Shown: positions 1-9,677 of the stretch, in pieces
Layout of the letters: every line of letters begins with the position of its first letter
How positions within the stretch are numbered: position 1 is the first letter of the stretch
Assembly (NCBI GenBank): GCA_964513345.1
Contig: CAZELY010000006.1
Span: 1 to 49,027, forward strand
DNA: 49,027 nt
Direction of reading: 5' to 3'
From: an uncultured Muribaculaceae bacterium
GTDB lineage: Bacteria; Bacillota_I; Bacilli_A; RF39; UBA660
The notes under the pieces: model-generated
What the model was told of the DNA's origin: nothing
Databases searched by the model: none
The model's input: only the letters and a program-made list of their open reading frames with translations
Program-made: the position numbers and the translations under genes

Positions 1-60
1 ACTCGAACCTACGACCTGTCGGTTAACAGCCGAATGCTCTACCAACTGAGCTAATTGAGC
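1..60 (-). tRNA. tRNA-Asn(GTT), 3' end truncated by window edge
   Basis: Reverse complement GCTCAATTAGCTCAGTTGGTAGAGCATTCGGCTGTTAACCGACAGGTCGTAGGTTCGAGT has a D arm, anticodon loop CT-GTT-AA and TTCGA T-loop. Confidence 0.95.
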
Positions 61-65
61 ATTTC

Positions 66-108
66 AATAAAAACAGCTAAACGTTCCTCGATAAGGACGA
101 ATAACTGT
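66..108 (-). terminator. T-box intrinsic terminator
   Basis: ACAGUUA-UU-CGUCCU-UAUCG-AGGAACG-UU-UAGCUGU followed by UUUUAUU, ending a few nt before tRNA-Asn. Confidence 0.85.
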
Positions 109-316
109 AATTCGCGGTGCCACCTTACTTATCACATAACATGATCACTCTATAGTTTCAATAGAAACTTATAATTAGATAACGGTTTACTTCCGATTTA
201 ACCTACTAATTTCAGCTAAATAACTCCGTGGTGTTATTCATATTTATATTATTACCAGCTTTCATCGTTCTGGCTTTCTTTAAATAAGGGATAAATATTA
301 CTTCTCCACTTCTTAG
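66..316 (-). promoter_or_regulatory. T-box riboswitch, Asn (AAC) specifier
   Basis: Stem I GTGG-AGAAGTA...GAA-T-AAC-A-CCAC (specifier 233-235). T-box GGTGGCACCGCG (113-124). Antiterminator AAGG[UGGCACC]GCGAA...UUCGU-CCUU (93-126). Mutually exclusive terminator 66-108. Confidence 0.92.
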
Positions 317-346
317 TATTTATATAAAAAAAATAATTAACAAACT

Positions 347-423
347 TGGTAGTCCGTACGGGATTTGAACCCGTGAGTGCATGCGTGAAAGGCATGTGTG
401 TTAAACCGCTTCACCAACGGACC
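347..423 (-). tRNA. tRNA-Glu(TTC)
   Basis: 77-nt cloverleaf GGTCCGT...ACGGACT-A-CCA, anticodon loop CT-TTC-AC. Confidence 0.97.
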
Positions 424-433
424 AAATAAAAAA

Positions 434-510
<77 letters not shown>

Positions 511-529
511 ATTCATAATTGACTTAATA

Positions 530-558
530 AGTATACCTTATTTTATGAAATTTTACAA
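530..558 (-). promoter_or_regulatory. sigma-A promoter of tRNA Ile-Glu-(T-box)-Asn operon
   Basis: TTGTAA-N17-TATACT, about 20 nt upstream of tRNA-Ile. Confidence 0.75.
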
Positions 559-677
559 GTATTTTTCATGTTTTTTTTGATGAAAAGTGTAAATTTTAGC
601 TTTTTTTCTGTTTTTAAACCCCTTTTTGCCTTTTTTTATCGCGAAATTTGATATAATTATATAAAGGATGTGATTAT

Positions 678-1331
678 ATGCCCTCATGGCCTATTCACTT
701 AGCTTTAGCTAATAAAATCAATAAAAACTTGAATCTTGGTGATGAATTTATTTTAGGAAATGTAATGCCAGATATTTTAGACGGCTATGCGATTGACTCG
801 CCTAGTACAATTACTAAAAAACACGAGACACATTTTCGAAGACCTGGCGATGGTCATGTCGATATCACAAAATTTCTCGAAACATATAAAGAGGAGATGC
901 ATAATCCACTAGTGTTAGGTTATTTGTCGCACATCATGGCTGATAATTATTTTAACACTTATACTTATACTCATCACGTTTCATGCAATAATAAACAAAA
1001 AACGATTATTTTAAAAGATGGTACAATTATCAAAAATTATCAAGGAAAACCTTATCTTATAAAGCAAAGTGATTTTAAAATTTTTGATCGTAAGTTAATA
1101 AATGAAAATTTGCTTCCAACTATTAATATGATTACTCCAAATAATCCTATTAAAGAATGTCCTATAACTGATAAAGACATTCAAAAAACAATTTTAAAAA
1201 TTAATAATTTAGCTAATGAAAAAGAAAAATACGACAAAAATAACTATCAAATGTTTACTGAAGAAGAACTACAACAAGTATTTGATGATTGTTATAAAGA
1301 AATTTTAAACAAATTAAAAGCTCTAAAATGA
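678..1331 (+). CDS. Zinc-dependent phospholipase C / HD-like family protein
   Basis: N-terminal WPIH, LGNVMPD, THF and LGYLSHIMAD motifs typical of the Zn_dep_PLPC-like family. Confidence 0.65.
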   Translation: MPSWPIHLALANKINKNLNLGDEFILGNVMPDILDGYAIDSPSTITKKHETHFRRPGDGHVDITKFLETYKEEMHNPLVLGYLSHIMADNYFNTYTYTHHVSCNNKQKTIILKDGTIIKNYQGKPYLIKQSDFKIFDRKLINENLLPTINMITPNNPIKECPITDKDIQKTILKINNLANEKEKYDKNNYQMFTEEELQQVFDDCYKEILNKLKALK

Positions 1332-1337
1332 GCTTTT

Positions 1338-2225
1338 TTATTCTAAAAAATCATTAAATTTTAATTCAGTCAAATATTTTTCTTTGTCGCGCCATTTTTT
1401 AATTGTTTTAACATACAATTCCAAATATACTTTGGCGTGCAAATACTCTTCAATATCTTTTCTGGCCAAAGTGCCAATTTTTTTAATCATGTCTCCATTT
1501 TTGCCAATGATTATTTTTTTAAGTGAATCACGATCGACAATAATTGCTGCGTTAATTATATATTTATCTTTATCTTTGACAATCTTTTCAGTAACACAAG
1601 TTATAGAATGTGGGACTTCTTCTTCAGTAAGACGGAAAACTTTTTCCCTAATAAATTCAGCAATCATAAAATCCATACTTCGGTTAGTAATTTGATTTTC
1701 TTCAAAATATTTAACATCATCGGTTAAATATTTTTTTAATACCTTAATAAATTCATCGACATTACTACCCTTTAAAGCTGAAAGTGGTACAATATCAGCC
1801 CAGTCGTATAAATCTTTATATTGATTAATAAGATTAAAAACTTCATCTTTAGATAAACCATCAATTTTATTAATAATCAATATTACTGGTTTATTCAAGT
1901 CTTTAATTCTTTCAATAATAAATTCGTCACCTTTTCCAAGCCCAGCTTTGGCATCAACTAAAAAGCAAACGATATCAACATCTTCAATACTATAATAAGC
2001 ACCCTTGTTTAAAATTTTGCCTAATTTATGATTAGGTTTATGAATGCCTGGAGTATCGACAAAGACTATTTGAATATCTTTTTCATTATAAATTCCTTCA
2101 ATAATATTTCTAGTTGTTTGTGGTTTTTTAGATGTAATTGCCACTTTTGTACCAAGAATATTATTAAGTAATGTACTTTTGCCAACATTGGGCCTTCCTA
2201 TTAAACTTACAAATCCACTTTTCAT
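1338..2225 (-). CDS. era: GTPase Era
   Basis: GRPNVGKSTL P-loop, DTPG, NKID, and C-terminal KH domain with IIGKNG. Confidence 0.98.
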   Translation of the reverse strand: MKSGFVSLIGRPNVGKSTLLNNILGTKVAITSKKPQTTRNIIEGIYNEKDIQIVFVDTPGIHKPNHKLGKILNKGAYYSIEDVDIVCFLVDAKAGLGKGDEFIIERIKDLNKPVILIINKIDGLSKDEVFNLINQYKDLYDWADIVPLSALKGSNVDEFIKVLKKYLTDDVKYFEENQITNRSMDFMIAEFIREKVFRLTEEEVPHSITCVTEKIVKDKDKYIINAAIIVDRDSLKKIIIGKNGDMIKKIGTLARKDIEEYLHAKVYLELYVKTIKKWRDKEKYLTELKFNDFLE

Positions 2226-2235
2226 ATATTCTCCT

Positions 2236-3390
2236 TTATAATGTTTTTTCTTGTGTATCTTCGTCTGGTTCCAAAATTTCTTCAGTTATATCATTATATA
2301 ATTCTACCTGCGGTTTTTCCGCAGTTAATTTATTATGCTCAACAATCATATTTTGATTAAATTCACTCGTTAATCTAGCAATTTCATCCAATCCAATTTC
2401 TTCAACTACTTGGCGCGTTAATTCCTTGAACTTTGCAGTCTGTTCATACTTCGAAAATTCCAGTGTCTGCATAGCCAATTCTTGTGAAACACCACCATGC
2501 TCTAATATATATTGTAAATGTTTAAAAGCAATTTCACTATTTCTAGCAATTTCAATTTCATGCTCTTCTTGTAGTTCTATAGAATTACTATGTTTTGTTT
2601 GCGGAATATTATGTTCTTGCGCATACGAAGACAAAAATTCTGTCATCTGCAAAGCTAGACCATGGTCATGCATAGTGTAATAACTATTACTAATTAAAAA
2701 ATTGTCATAGCCTAAATTATTTAAAGCCTGCTTGACAGCCATCGCTTGATTATTACCTTTATAAACAAATAGATTAAAGCGTTTTAAATCATCAGCATAT
2801 GCCGGGTCATCTTTAATTTTTTCATAAACTTCTTCACTAATAATTAGTGAACTTTCATCAGACAGTGTCATATCACCTTTAAAATAAGTATCCTCTGGCC
2901 TTAGTGATTTTAAAGGACTATCAATATGCTTTGCTAATGGTTCGATCATAATATAATCACGGTCATCAAAATTTCCGTACATAGATGATTGAACTAAACC
3001 ATTGATTGTAAAATGCAAGGTGTCACGATGGAGCTCTGAATACACTTGATATTGAGCCATTTCTTCTTGATATTTTTCATATTCTTCATCAGTCATTACT
3101 TGAGGATATTTAGAACGTACAATACTGGATATCGCATCGTTTAAATACATTGAATTTCCAAAAGTGTAAGCACCAGCTGATTCGGTTGTTTGCACCTGAT
3201 GATGAAATGGAAACTGACCAGTTGTCCTTACTAATGCACAATCTTCAACCATATATGATAAATCTGCATCATCTATCAAATATTTATCTTTTAATTCTGG
3301 ATCTTCTAAATAATATTTGTCTTTAACGCGACGTTCGTTATCCTTAGCCCAAGCTTCGTCATCAGTACAATCCAAATATGTAACTTGCAT
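2236..3390 (-). CDS. Hypothetical acidic protein (384 aa)
   Basis: Long ORF with AGGAGG RBS, tightly packed between dgkA and era; no family recognised. Confidence 0.8.
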   Translation of the reverse strand: MQVTYLDCTDDEAWAKDNERRVKDKYYLEDPELKDKYLIDDADLSYMVEDCALVRTTGQFPFHHQVQTTESAGAYTFGNSMYLNDAISSIVRSKYPQVMTDEEYEKYQEEMAQYQVYSELHRDTLHFTINGLVQSSMYGNFDDRDYIMIEPLAKHIDSPLKSLRPEDTYFKGDMTLSDESSLIISEEVYEKIKDDPAYADDLKRFNLFVYKGNNQAMAVKQALNNLGYDNFLISNSYYTMHDHGLALQMTEFLSSYAQEHNIPQTKHSNSIELQEEHEIEIARNSEIAFKHLQYILEHGGVSQELAMQTLEFSKYEQTAKFKELTRQVVEEIGLDEIARLTSEFNQNMIVEHNKLTAEKPQVELYNDITEEILEPDEDTQEKTL

Positions 3391-3399
3391 AATTACCTC

Positions 3400-3795
3400 C
3401 TAAAATAGTGCTAAAATTTTTGGAATGAAAATCATAAGACCTAAAATCACAGCGATAATCGCAAATACCATAACAGCAGCTGCCGCTGTATCTTTGGCCA
3501 CTTTTGCAAGCGGATTTTGTTCTTTAGTACATAAATCGATAGCCGCTTCAATACTAGTGTTTATTAATTCAGTAGCAACAACTAAACCAATAATCAATAT
3601 AATAATTAGCCACTCAGTATAATTTAAATGAAAAGCAATTCCAAACGCTACTACTAAAATAGTAGCTATGGTATGAGCAATAATATTTTGTTCATATTTG
3701 AATGCATATTTCAAACCATCAACCGCATAGCCAAAACTTTTTACAAATCGTTTTAATCCTTTTACTTTTAACTTATCTCTTGATACCATAGCCAT
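3400..3795 (-). CDS. dgkA: Diacylglycerol/undecaprenol kinase
   Basis: ELINTSIEAAID and AKDTAAAAV motifs, three TM segments, adjacent to ybeY. Confidence 0.93.
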   Translation of the reverse strand: MAMVSRDKLKVKGLKRFVKSFGYAVDGLKYAFKYEQNIIAHTIATILVVAFGIAFHLNYTEWLIIILIIGLVVATELINTSIEAAIDLCTKEQNPLAKVAKDTAAAAVMVFAIIAVILGLMIFIPKILALF

Positions 3796-4216
3796 TTAAA
3801 ATCAACTCCTGCTCTTTAAACATTTCTTCTTCATCTTCTTTATTCATATGATCATATCCAAGCAAATGAAGTAACCCGTGAATAGTTAAAAATGCCATTT
3901 CTCTTTTTTCACTATGACCATATTCTTTTGCTTGTTCTTTCATTTTATCAACTGAAATATATATATCACCTAGAAGTCTTCCAAATTCAAAATCAATATC
4001 CTTATTATCTTCCAAAGCAAAACTAATAACATCAGTTTCATGGTCAATGTTGCGATACTCTTTATTAATTTGACGAATCTGATTATTATCAACAAATATT
4101 ACGTTAAATATTACATTATCTAGTTTTTTATATTTTAATGCATATTCGATTAATTTTTTTTCTTCTTCTAAATCTAGTTCTTCATCGGTTTCATTAAAAA
4201 TTTCGAATTTATTCAT
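3773..4216 (-). CDS. ybeY: rRNA maturation endoribonuclease YbeY
   Basis: TDVISF, LGDIYIS and HGLLHLLGYDH motifs; start placed at MNKFEIF. Confidence 0.96.
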   Translation of the reverse strand: MNKFEIFNETDEELDLEEEKKLIEYALKYKKLDNVIFNVIFVDNNQIRQINKEYRNIDHETDVISFALEDNKDIDFEFGRLLGDIYISVDKMKEQAKEYGHSEKREMAFLTIHGLLHLLGYDHMNKEDEEEMFKEQELILNGYGIKR

Positions 4217-4217
4217 A

Positions 4218-4841
4218 TTATACCCCCAACTCAATTACACCAATTAAATAAGCAATTACTAATCCTAAAAGAATTACCATAAGTATATTATAAACAATCG
4301 GTTTTTTCAAAAATTTCGGAAGCAAATGATTAATCTTATTTAATAAATAGTAAACATAGAAACCAACCATCGCACCCATGAAGTTTAATATAATGTCATC
4401 AATATCGAAAACTCGACCAATTGCAAGTTGAGTAAATTCAATAGTCGTTGACACTAAAAGTGAAAGTATAATAACTGCTTTAGGTTTTTCTAATTTTAAA
4501 TAATATGCTGTAAAAAAGCCATATGGCATAAATAAAAGCATATTGCCAATAACATTTTTAAAAAATAGACGACTTCCAAATTGATATCTAAACATTTCTT
4601 TGAATGGAATAAAATTAGAACTACTCCAGCTAACATCTTGAAAAGTAACTACATAGAATAAACATAATACATAAATTATAAATATTAGCGAAGCAAGTTC
4701 ACGATAAACAATAAATTCTTTCTTGTTTTTAAATAAATAAACAATACGCATGCTGATAATAATCACCATACTAATTGCTAGTGTCGGCCACATGGCCTCA
4801 AAAATATCCAGCACTTGATTTCGAAGCATATTATCACTCAA
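4218..4841 (-). CDS. VanZ-family membrane protein
   Basis: NFIPF, GNMLLFMPYG, IEFTQL and RVFDIDDIILN motifs. Confidence 0.88.
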   Translation of the reverse strand: MSDNMLRNQVLDIFEAMWPTLAISMVIIISMRIVYLFKNKKEFIVYRELASLIFIIYVLCLFYVVTFQDVSWSSSNFIPFKEMFRYQFGSRLFFKNVIGNMLLFMPYGFFTAYYLKLEKPKAVIILSLLVSTTIEFTQLAIGRVFDIDDIILNFMGAMVGFYVYYLLNKINHLLPKFLKKPIVYNILMVILLGLVIAYLIGVIELGV

Positions 4842-5982
4842 CCTTTTTATAATCCGTTATGTTTTCATATACTGAAAAAAACATATCCACTTCTATTGTA
4901 CTAGATTTAACTTCACTTTTCAAATATTTCTTGCGAATTATGTATTCATTTTTATTTAATTTTTTTAAAACTTTTTCGGTCGCCTTCTCTTCAGCCTTTA
5001 ATAATGCTTCATCAAATGTTAAAATCCATCTTTTAATTGTTACTTCTTTTTGCTTTTGCTTGACAATCTTTAATGGTAGTAACTGATTTTGAATAATAAC
5101 TCTATCCTTTGTTTTTTTGTTTTTAAACTTGTGAAGTGTTAAATCAAAATTATGATTTAAAAATTTTAAAGCGAAAACTTCTTTACTCTTACCAGTTTCT
5201 TTATATTCTTCATAAACAAAGGGATAGTCAGTTTTTATAACATACCATACTTCTCCATATACTTTTCCTTTAGCTTTGACTTTCCCCATGACACGATCAT
5301 TTAATATAATTTCGCCGCTAATTATAGTGTCACCTTTTTTGACAAACTCATCTATTTCTTTTAAAACTTCACCTTGCGATGAAATTACTTTTTTAATAAC
5401 TGCATCTTTTTTGGCCACAATGTTCCGAGGTGAATTTTGCTCTTCTTTTTTTAATATTTCCCGTTCTTCAACTCTAATAATATATTTTGTGCCTGCTTCT
5501 TCAATTTCTAACCATTCAATATCATCTTTATATTTATTCAAAATTTTTTCTTTGATCTTTTCTTTTTGACTAAAACTTTTTTTGAAAGCAAATTTTTTAA
5601 TTCCATTGTTTTTTAATTCGTTTTTAATTAAAGATCTTATTTCTTTATTTGTATGGACTACTTCAATGTTAAATATTAAATTCGTAAGTAAAAATAGTAA
5701 TAACAAACAAATAAAAGTTATAATTAATAAGTGAATGTTTAATCTAATAACTTTTTTAATTTTTATAAAACCAAAGATATCTTTTTCTAATATTTCATAA
5801 ATGCTTTTTATTTTTAATATTCGCTGATAATCCTTTTTATAAATAAGCATTTCAATTTCTTTTTCATTAATATATTTTAGTGATAAAATACTAATCTTAT
5901 TAACAATTACTTTTTTGATGAAACGATTAATATTCTTACCTTGGATATTTATAAGTATTCTGCTTTTTAAAATTTCAATCAT
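4834..5982 (-). CDS. yqfD: Sporulation protein YqfD (stage IV)
   Basis: Central TM, PRNIVAKKDAVI and VKKGDTIISG motifs; paired with yqfC upstream of ybeY. Confidence 0.88.
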   Translation of the reverse strand: MIEILKSRILINIQGKNINRFIKKVIVNKISILSLKYINEKEIEMLIYKKDYQRILKIKSIYEILEKDIFGFIKIKKVIRLNIHLLIITFICLLLLFLLTNLIFNIEVVHTNKEIRSLIKNELKNNGIKKFAFKKSFSQKEKIKEKILNKYKDDIEWLEIEEAGTKYIIRVEEREILKKEEQNSPRNIVAKKDAVIKKVISSQGEVLKEIDEFVKKGDTIISGEIILNDRVMGKVKAKGKVYGEVWYVIKTDYPFVYEEYKETGKSKEVFALKFLNHNFDLTLHKFKNKKTKDRVIIQNQLLPLKIVKQKQKEVTIKRWILTFDEALLKAEEKATEKVLKKLNKNEYIIRKKYLKSEVKSSTIEVDMFFSVYENITDYKKVE

Positions 5983-6208
5983 TAAACTCTATCGCTTTTA
6001 TAAAACCAGAAATTAACATTTCATCATCTAACATTTTTGCTATTACTAAATTTTCCCCTTTAATAATAAGGATTCCTTCATTATATCTAATAATCATTTT
6101 TTCATCACTAAAGTGATCGATGCAACAGTAATTTAAAATATCCAGTTTGTTTTCTAAATAAATAATTCGAAAGTCTTTTTCAAAAATATAATTTCTAAAA
6201 CCATGCAT
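5975..6208 (-). CDS. yqfC: YabP/YqfC-family sporulation protein
   Basis: Short beta-rich protein with LIIKGENLVIAKM...ISGFI pattern, translationally coupled to yqfD. Confidence 0.8.
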   Translation of the reverse strand: MHGFRNYIFEKDFRIIYLENKLDILNYCCIDHFSDEKMIIRYNEGILIIKGENLVIAKMLDDEMLISGFIKAIEFND

Positions 6209-6223
6209 AAAATCACCTATATA

Positions 6224-6251
6224 ATTTTATGGTTTTATATTTTTATTATGT
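6224..6251 (-). promoter_or_regulatory. Possible sigma-E-type promoter of yqfCD
   Basis: ACATAAT-N13-CATAAAAT resembles the sigma-E consensus; yqfCD is sigma-E dependent in Bacillus subtilis. Confidence 0.4.
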
Positions 6252-6252
6252 A

Positions 6253-6276
6253 AAAAGCCAGGTATTAACCTGGCAA
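6253..6276 (-). terminator. Terminator after PBP gene
   Basis: GCCAGGT-TAAT-ACCTGGC followed by TTTTT, overlapping the stop codon. Confidence 0.7.
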
Positions 6277-8454
6277 TTCTTTATATTTTTCAGAAAGCGT
6301 TATTTTAACTACACCATTGCCCACCTCTTTACCGGCCGCAATACTTTGACTAGTTACATAACCATAACCTTCAATTTCAAATTTATAATTTAAAGCTTTC
6401 ATTAAGTAAATTGCTTCGCCTCTTGAATATCCTTTTAAATCAGGCATGATATTTTTATTACCATTAGTAACTAATATTACTCTATCATATGAAAGTACAG
6501 TATCGCCTTTAGAAGGATATTGATTAATAATTTTGTCACCATTGCCAACAATGATTGGCTTAACTTTGTTTGACTCTAACATAGCTTTAACATCAGCTGT
6601 TTTTTTATTTAAATAAGAATCTAGTTTTAACGAAACGACAGTACTTTTACTGGTTGATCCATCAGCAAACATATTTTTATATTTGGCAATATTTTTCATA
6701 ATATTATTTACTCCATCAGAAACTACTACCGTGGCTCCGACGTTTGGCCTTTTAACTGCTGCATAAATAATAATTTCAGGTTTTTCTTTTGGATACATAC
6801 CAGCAAATGAGAAAATTGAATTGGCTTCTCCTTTTAAATATCCTCCTCGGGGTGAGGCAATCTGAGCAGTTCCGGTTTTACCAATAATATTAAAGCCATC
6901 AATATGATATCGTCTTCCAGTGGCAACAGGATCACTACTATTTACAACATTATCCATTAAATCTTTAATTTTAGTTATCGTATCAGCACTAACAAGTTGC
7001 TCGGACTTTTCGATTTTTCTTTCATATGTCACTTCACCAGTATTAGAATTGACAATTTTCGATACCACATGTGGTGTTAAGGCTTTACCATTATTAGCTA
7101 TAATTGTTAGCGCTCTTAAATGTTGTATAACTGTTGTTGTAATACCTTGCCCAAAACCAGCATTAGCTACTTCGACTGGGTATCTAAAGCCTAATTTGCC
7201 AGATGTTTCTTTCGCAATATCGATGCCAGTAGTTTTACCAAAACCATATTTAGTTAGACAATCGCGCAAATCATTTTTATCAATAAATTTATTAATCATG
7301 TTTGAAATACCAACGTTACTGGAGTACTCAAAGCCTTTATCAAAAGTAATAGTTCCCCAACCTGTATTATTCCAGTCCTTAATTGTTGCATCAGTAACGA
7401 CAATACTACCAGATCTAAAAGTTGCACTACCATTATAAGTACCTTTTTCAATCGCACACATATAAGTATAAGTTTTCATTGTACTTCCAGGTTCAAATGC
7501 CGTCGAAACTAATAAATTTTCATAATTTTTAACATCTCGAACATTTGGATTAAATGATGGTGTGTACGCACTTGCGAGTAAATCACCGGTTTTAGCATCC
7601 ATGACAGATATAATAGCCCATTCTGGCTTATATTTGTCTTCAATTGTTTTCACTTCCGTTTCAGCGAATCTTTGAATACTTGAATCCAATGTTAAATATA
7701 TATCGCTACCATTTATAGCTTCGATTCTCGTTTCAGCAGTATCAGGTATTTTATAACCCAAACGATCCTGCTGATACTGTAAATATCCATCGGTTCCTTT
7801 AAGCAAATTATCATACTTTGCTTCAATACCCATTTCACCTTCAATAGCCGTAACTAATTTGCCATTTTCATCTTCTTTTTCATTTGTCTTGGCATAGCCA
7901 ATGATGTATGAGGCAAAATCGCCATTTGGATAGTAACGTTTATAATCTTCAATAAAGTCAATACCTGGTAAACTCAAATCATCTATTTCACTTTTTTTAA
8001 GTTCTGTTATGTTCCTACCAATGGTTCCAAGTTCAACTTGATATCGATTAGAATTTTTACCTTTTTCTAATCTGGCTTTAATATCTTTGGCATCCCCTCC
8101 TAAAATAGCTGCCAATTTGGAAGCTGTGCCGTCGATATCTTTTACATAATCAATTTTTCCACCTGTTTTTCTAGTTTCTGATAAATATGCAATTAAAGTA
8201 TACGAAGTGACATTTTGGGCCAAAACTTTTTCCGAAACATCATAGATAGTACCGCGTGTTGCTTTTAAAACTTTAGAAACCGTATTACGATTAGCGGCAA
8301 ATTTTTGAATGTTATGACCATTTACTTTTGGTGAAAGTGATAAGTAACAAAAACGCGCAAACAATATTAAAATGCATAGAAAAAAAACAAAAAAGACTCT
8401 TTTTGGGAATTTCCAATTATTCTTTATTTGTTTTTTCCTTCTCACAGGTAACAC
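6265..8454 (-). CDS. ftsI: Class B penicillin-binding protein (division PBP2B/FtsI-like) with PASTA domains
   Basis: N-terminal TM, dimerisation domain, EPGSTMK (SxxK), SSN, KTGT and C-terminal PASTA repeats; follows mraZ-rsmH-ftsL. Confidence 0.9.
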   Translation of the reverse strand: MLPVRRKKQIKNNWKFPKRVFFVFFLCILILFARFCYLSLSPKVNGHNIQKFAANRNTVSKVLKATRGTIYDVSEKVLAQNVTSYTLIAYLSETRKTGGKIDYVKDIDGTASKLAAILGGDAKDIKARLEKGKNSNRYQVELGTIGRNITELKKSEIDDLSLPGIDFIEDYKRYYPNGDFASYIIGYAKTNEKEDENGKLVTAIEGEMGIEAKYDNLLKGTDGYLQYQQDRLGYKIPDTAETRIEAINGSDIYLTLDSSIQRFAETEVKTIEDKYKPEWAIISVMDAKTGDLLASAYTPSFNPNVRDVKNYENLLVSTAFEPGSTMKTYTYMCAIEKGTYNGSATFRSGSIVVTDATIKDWNNTGWGTITFDKGFEYSSNVGISNMINKFIDKNDLRDCLTKYGFGKTTGIDIAKETSGKLGFRYPVEVANAGFGQGITTTVIQHLRALTIIANNGKALTPHVVSKIVNSNTGEVTYERKIEKSEQLVSADTITKIKDLMDNVVNSSDPVATGRRYHIDGFNIIGKTGTAQIASPRGGYLKGEANSIFSFAGMYPKEKPEIIIYAAVKRPNVGATVVVSDGVNNIMKNIAKYKNMFADGSTSKSTVVSLKLDSYLNKKTADVKAMLESNKVKPIIVGNGDKIINQYPSKGDTVLSYDRVILVTNGNKNIMPDLKGYSRGEAIYLMKALNYKFEIEGYGYVTSQSIAAGKEVGNGVVKITLSEKYKELPG

Positions 8455-8456
8455 CT

Positions 8457-8753
8457 CTATTTTCCAACGACAATTATATTATCATTATTATAAGCCAGTC
8501 CCATTTCTTTGACAACCCCTTTAACATTTTCAAAAGATGTAAGTTCATTTACCTTCATTGTTAAACTTTCATTTTTCTTTTCTTGGGCAGTTATATTATA
8601 TTTGATCTCTTCAATACTAATTTTAAGTTCGCTTATTGAAGCACCACAAAATGTTTTTATCCCTAGCGAAAAGATGGCAGCAAAAATAATAGTTACATAA
8701 AGTAATCTTTCACCTCTTGAAATTTTAACTCTTCTTACCTTTCTTTTCGCCAT
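8457..8753 (-). CDS. ftsL: Cell division protein FtsL
   Basis: Basic N-terminus, single TM, coiled coil, and canonical position between rsmH and the PBP gene. Confidence 0.85.
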   Translation of the reverse strand: MAKRKVRRVKISRGERLLYVTIIFAAIFSLGIKTFCGASISELKISIEEIKYNITAQEKKNESLTMKVNELTSFENVKGVVKEMGLAYNNDNIIVVGK

Positions 8754-8757
8754 AAGC

Positions 8758-9669
8758 CTAACCTCTTTCTATTACTCTAAGTCGTGCACTTCGAGCGCGA
8801 TTATTATTTTGTATTTCTGCATTTGTTGGTTTAATATTTGCGATTAAATTAAATTTTGGTTTGTATTCTTCAGGAATTACTGGTAATTTATTTAATTCTT
8901 TTGGAACAGAACTTACTTCATTAAAAATTCTTTTACAAATTTTGTCTTCCAAAGAATGAAATGTAATTACGCATATACGTCCATGGGGACTAATTATATC
9001 TAACGCATCTCTCAGAGCTTTTTCAAAAACTTCTAATTCATTATTTACTTCAATTCTAATAGCTTGAAATGCTTTTCTTGCTGGATGTGAATTTCGGCGA
9101 TACTTTTCAGGAACATTTTCTTTAATAATTTCGGCAAGTTCTAATGTTGTTTCAATTGGTTTTTTTTCTCTTTCTTTAATTATTCCTTTAGCAATGCTTT
9201 TAGCATATTTTTCTTCACCATATTCATAAAATATTTTTGTAAGTTTTTCTTCAGAATAAGTATTTACAACATCTTTTGCAGTTATTCCTTCCTCTTGATT
9301 CATTCGCATGTCAAGTGGAGCATCTTTGTGAAAACTAAACCCCCGTTTAGCATTATCAAGCTGTGGTGAGGAAACACCTAAATCAAATAATATTCCATCA
9401 ACTTTATTTGTCCTTTTTGAAATTTCTTTTTTTATATTTTTGAAATTTGTATTAATAATTTCAAAATTTAAGCCAGCCCTTTTTATTCTCTTCGAAGCTT
9501 CTTTTATAGCTTCTTGATCTTGATCAATGGCATAGAGAAATCCTTTTGGAATATTTTCTAAAATTTTTGCGCTATGTCCACCATACCCTAAAGTACAATC
9601 GACAACAACACTATTTTCTTTCAAATTTAAATATTTAATACTTTCTTCAAGTAAAACGCTAGTATGCAT
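8758..9669 (-). CDS. rsmH: 16S rRNA m4C1402 methyltransferase RsmH
   Basis: HTSVLLEE, DCTLGYGGHS, DLGVSSPQLD, PLDMRM and FHSLED motifs. Confidence 0.98.
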   Translation of the reverse strand: MHTSVLLEESIKYLNLKENSVVVDCTLGYGGHSAKILENIPKGFLYAIDQDQEAIKEASKRIKRAGLNFEIINTNFKNIKKEISKRTNKVDGILFDLGVSSPQLDNAKRGFSFHKDAPLDMRMNQEEGITAKDVVNTYSEEKLTKIFYEYGEEKYAKSIAKGIIKEREKKPIETTLELAEIIKENVPEKYRRNSHPARKAFQAIRIEVNNELEVFEKALRDALDIISPHGRICVITFHSLEDKICKRIFNEVSSVPKELNKLPVIPEEYKPKFNLIANIKPTNAEIQNNNRARSARLRVIERG

Positions 9670-9677
9670 ATAAGCTC

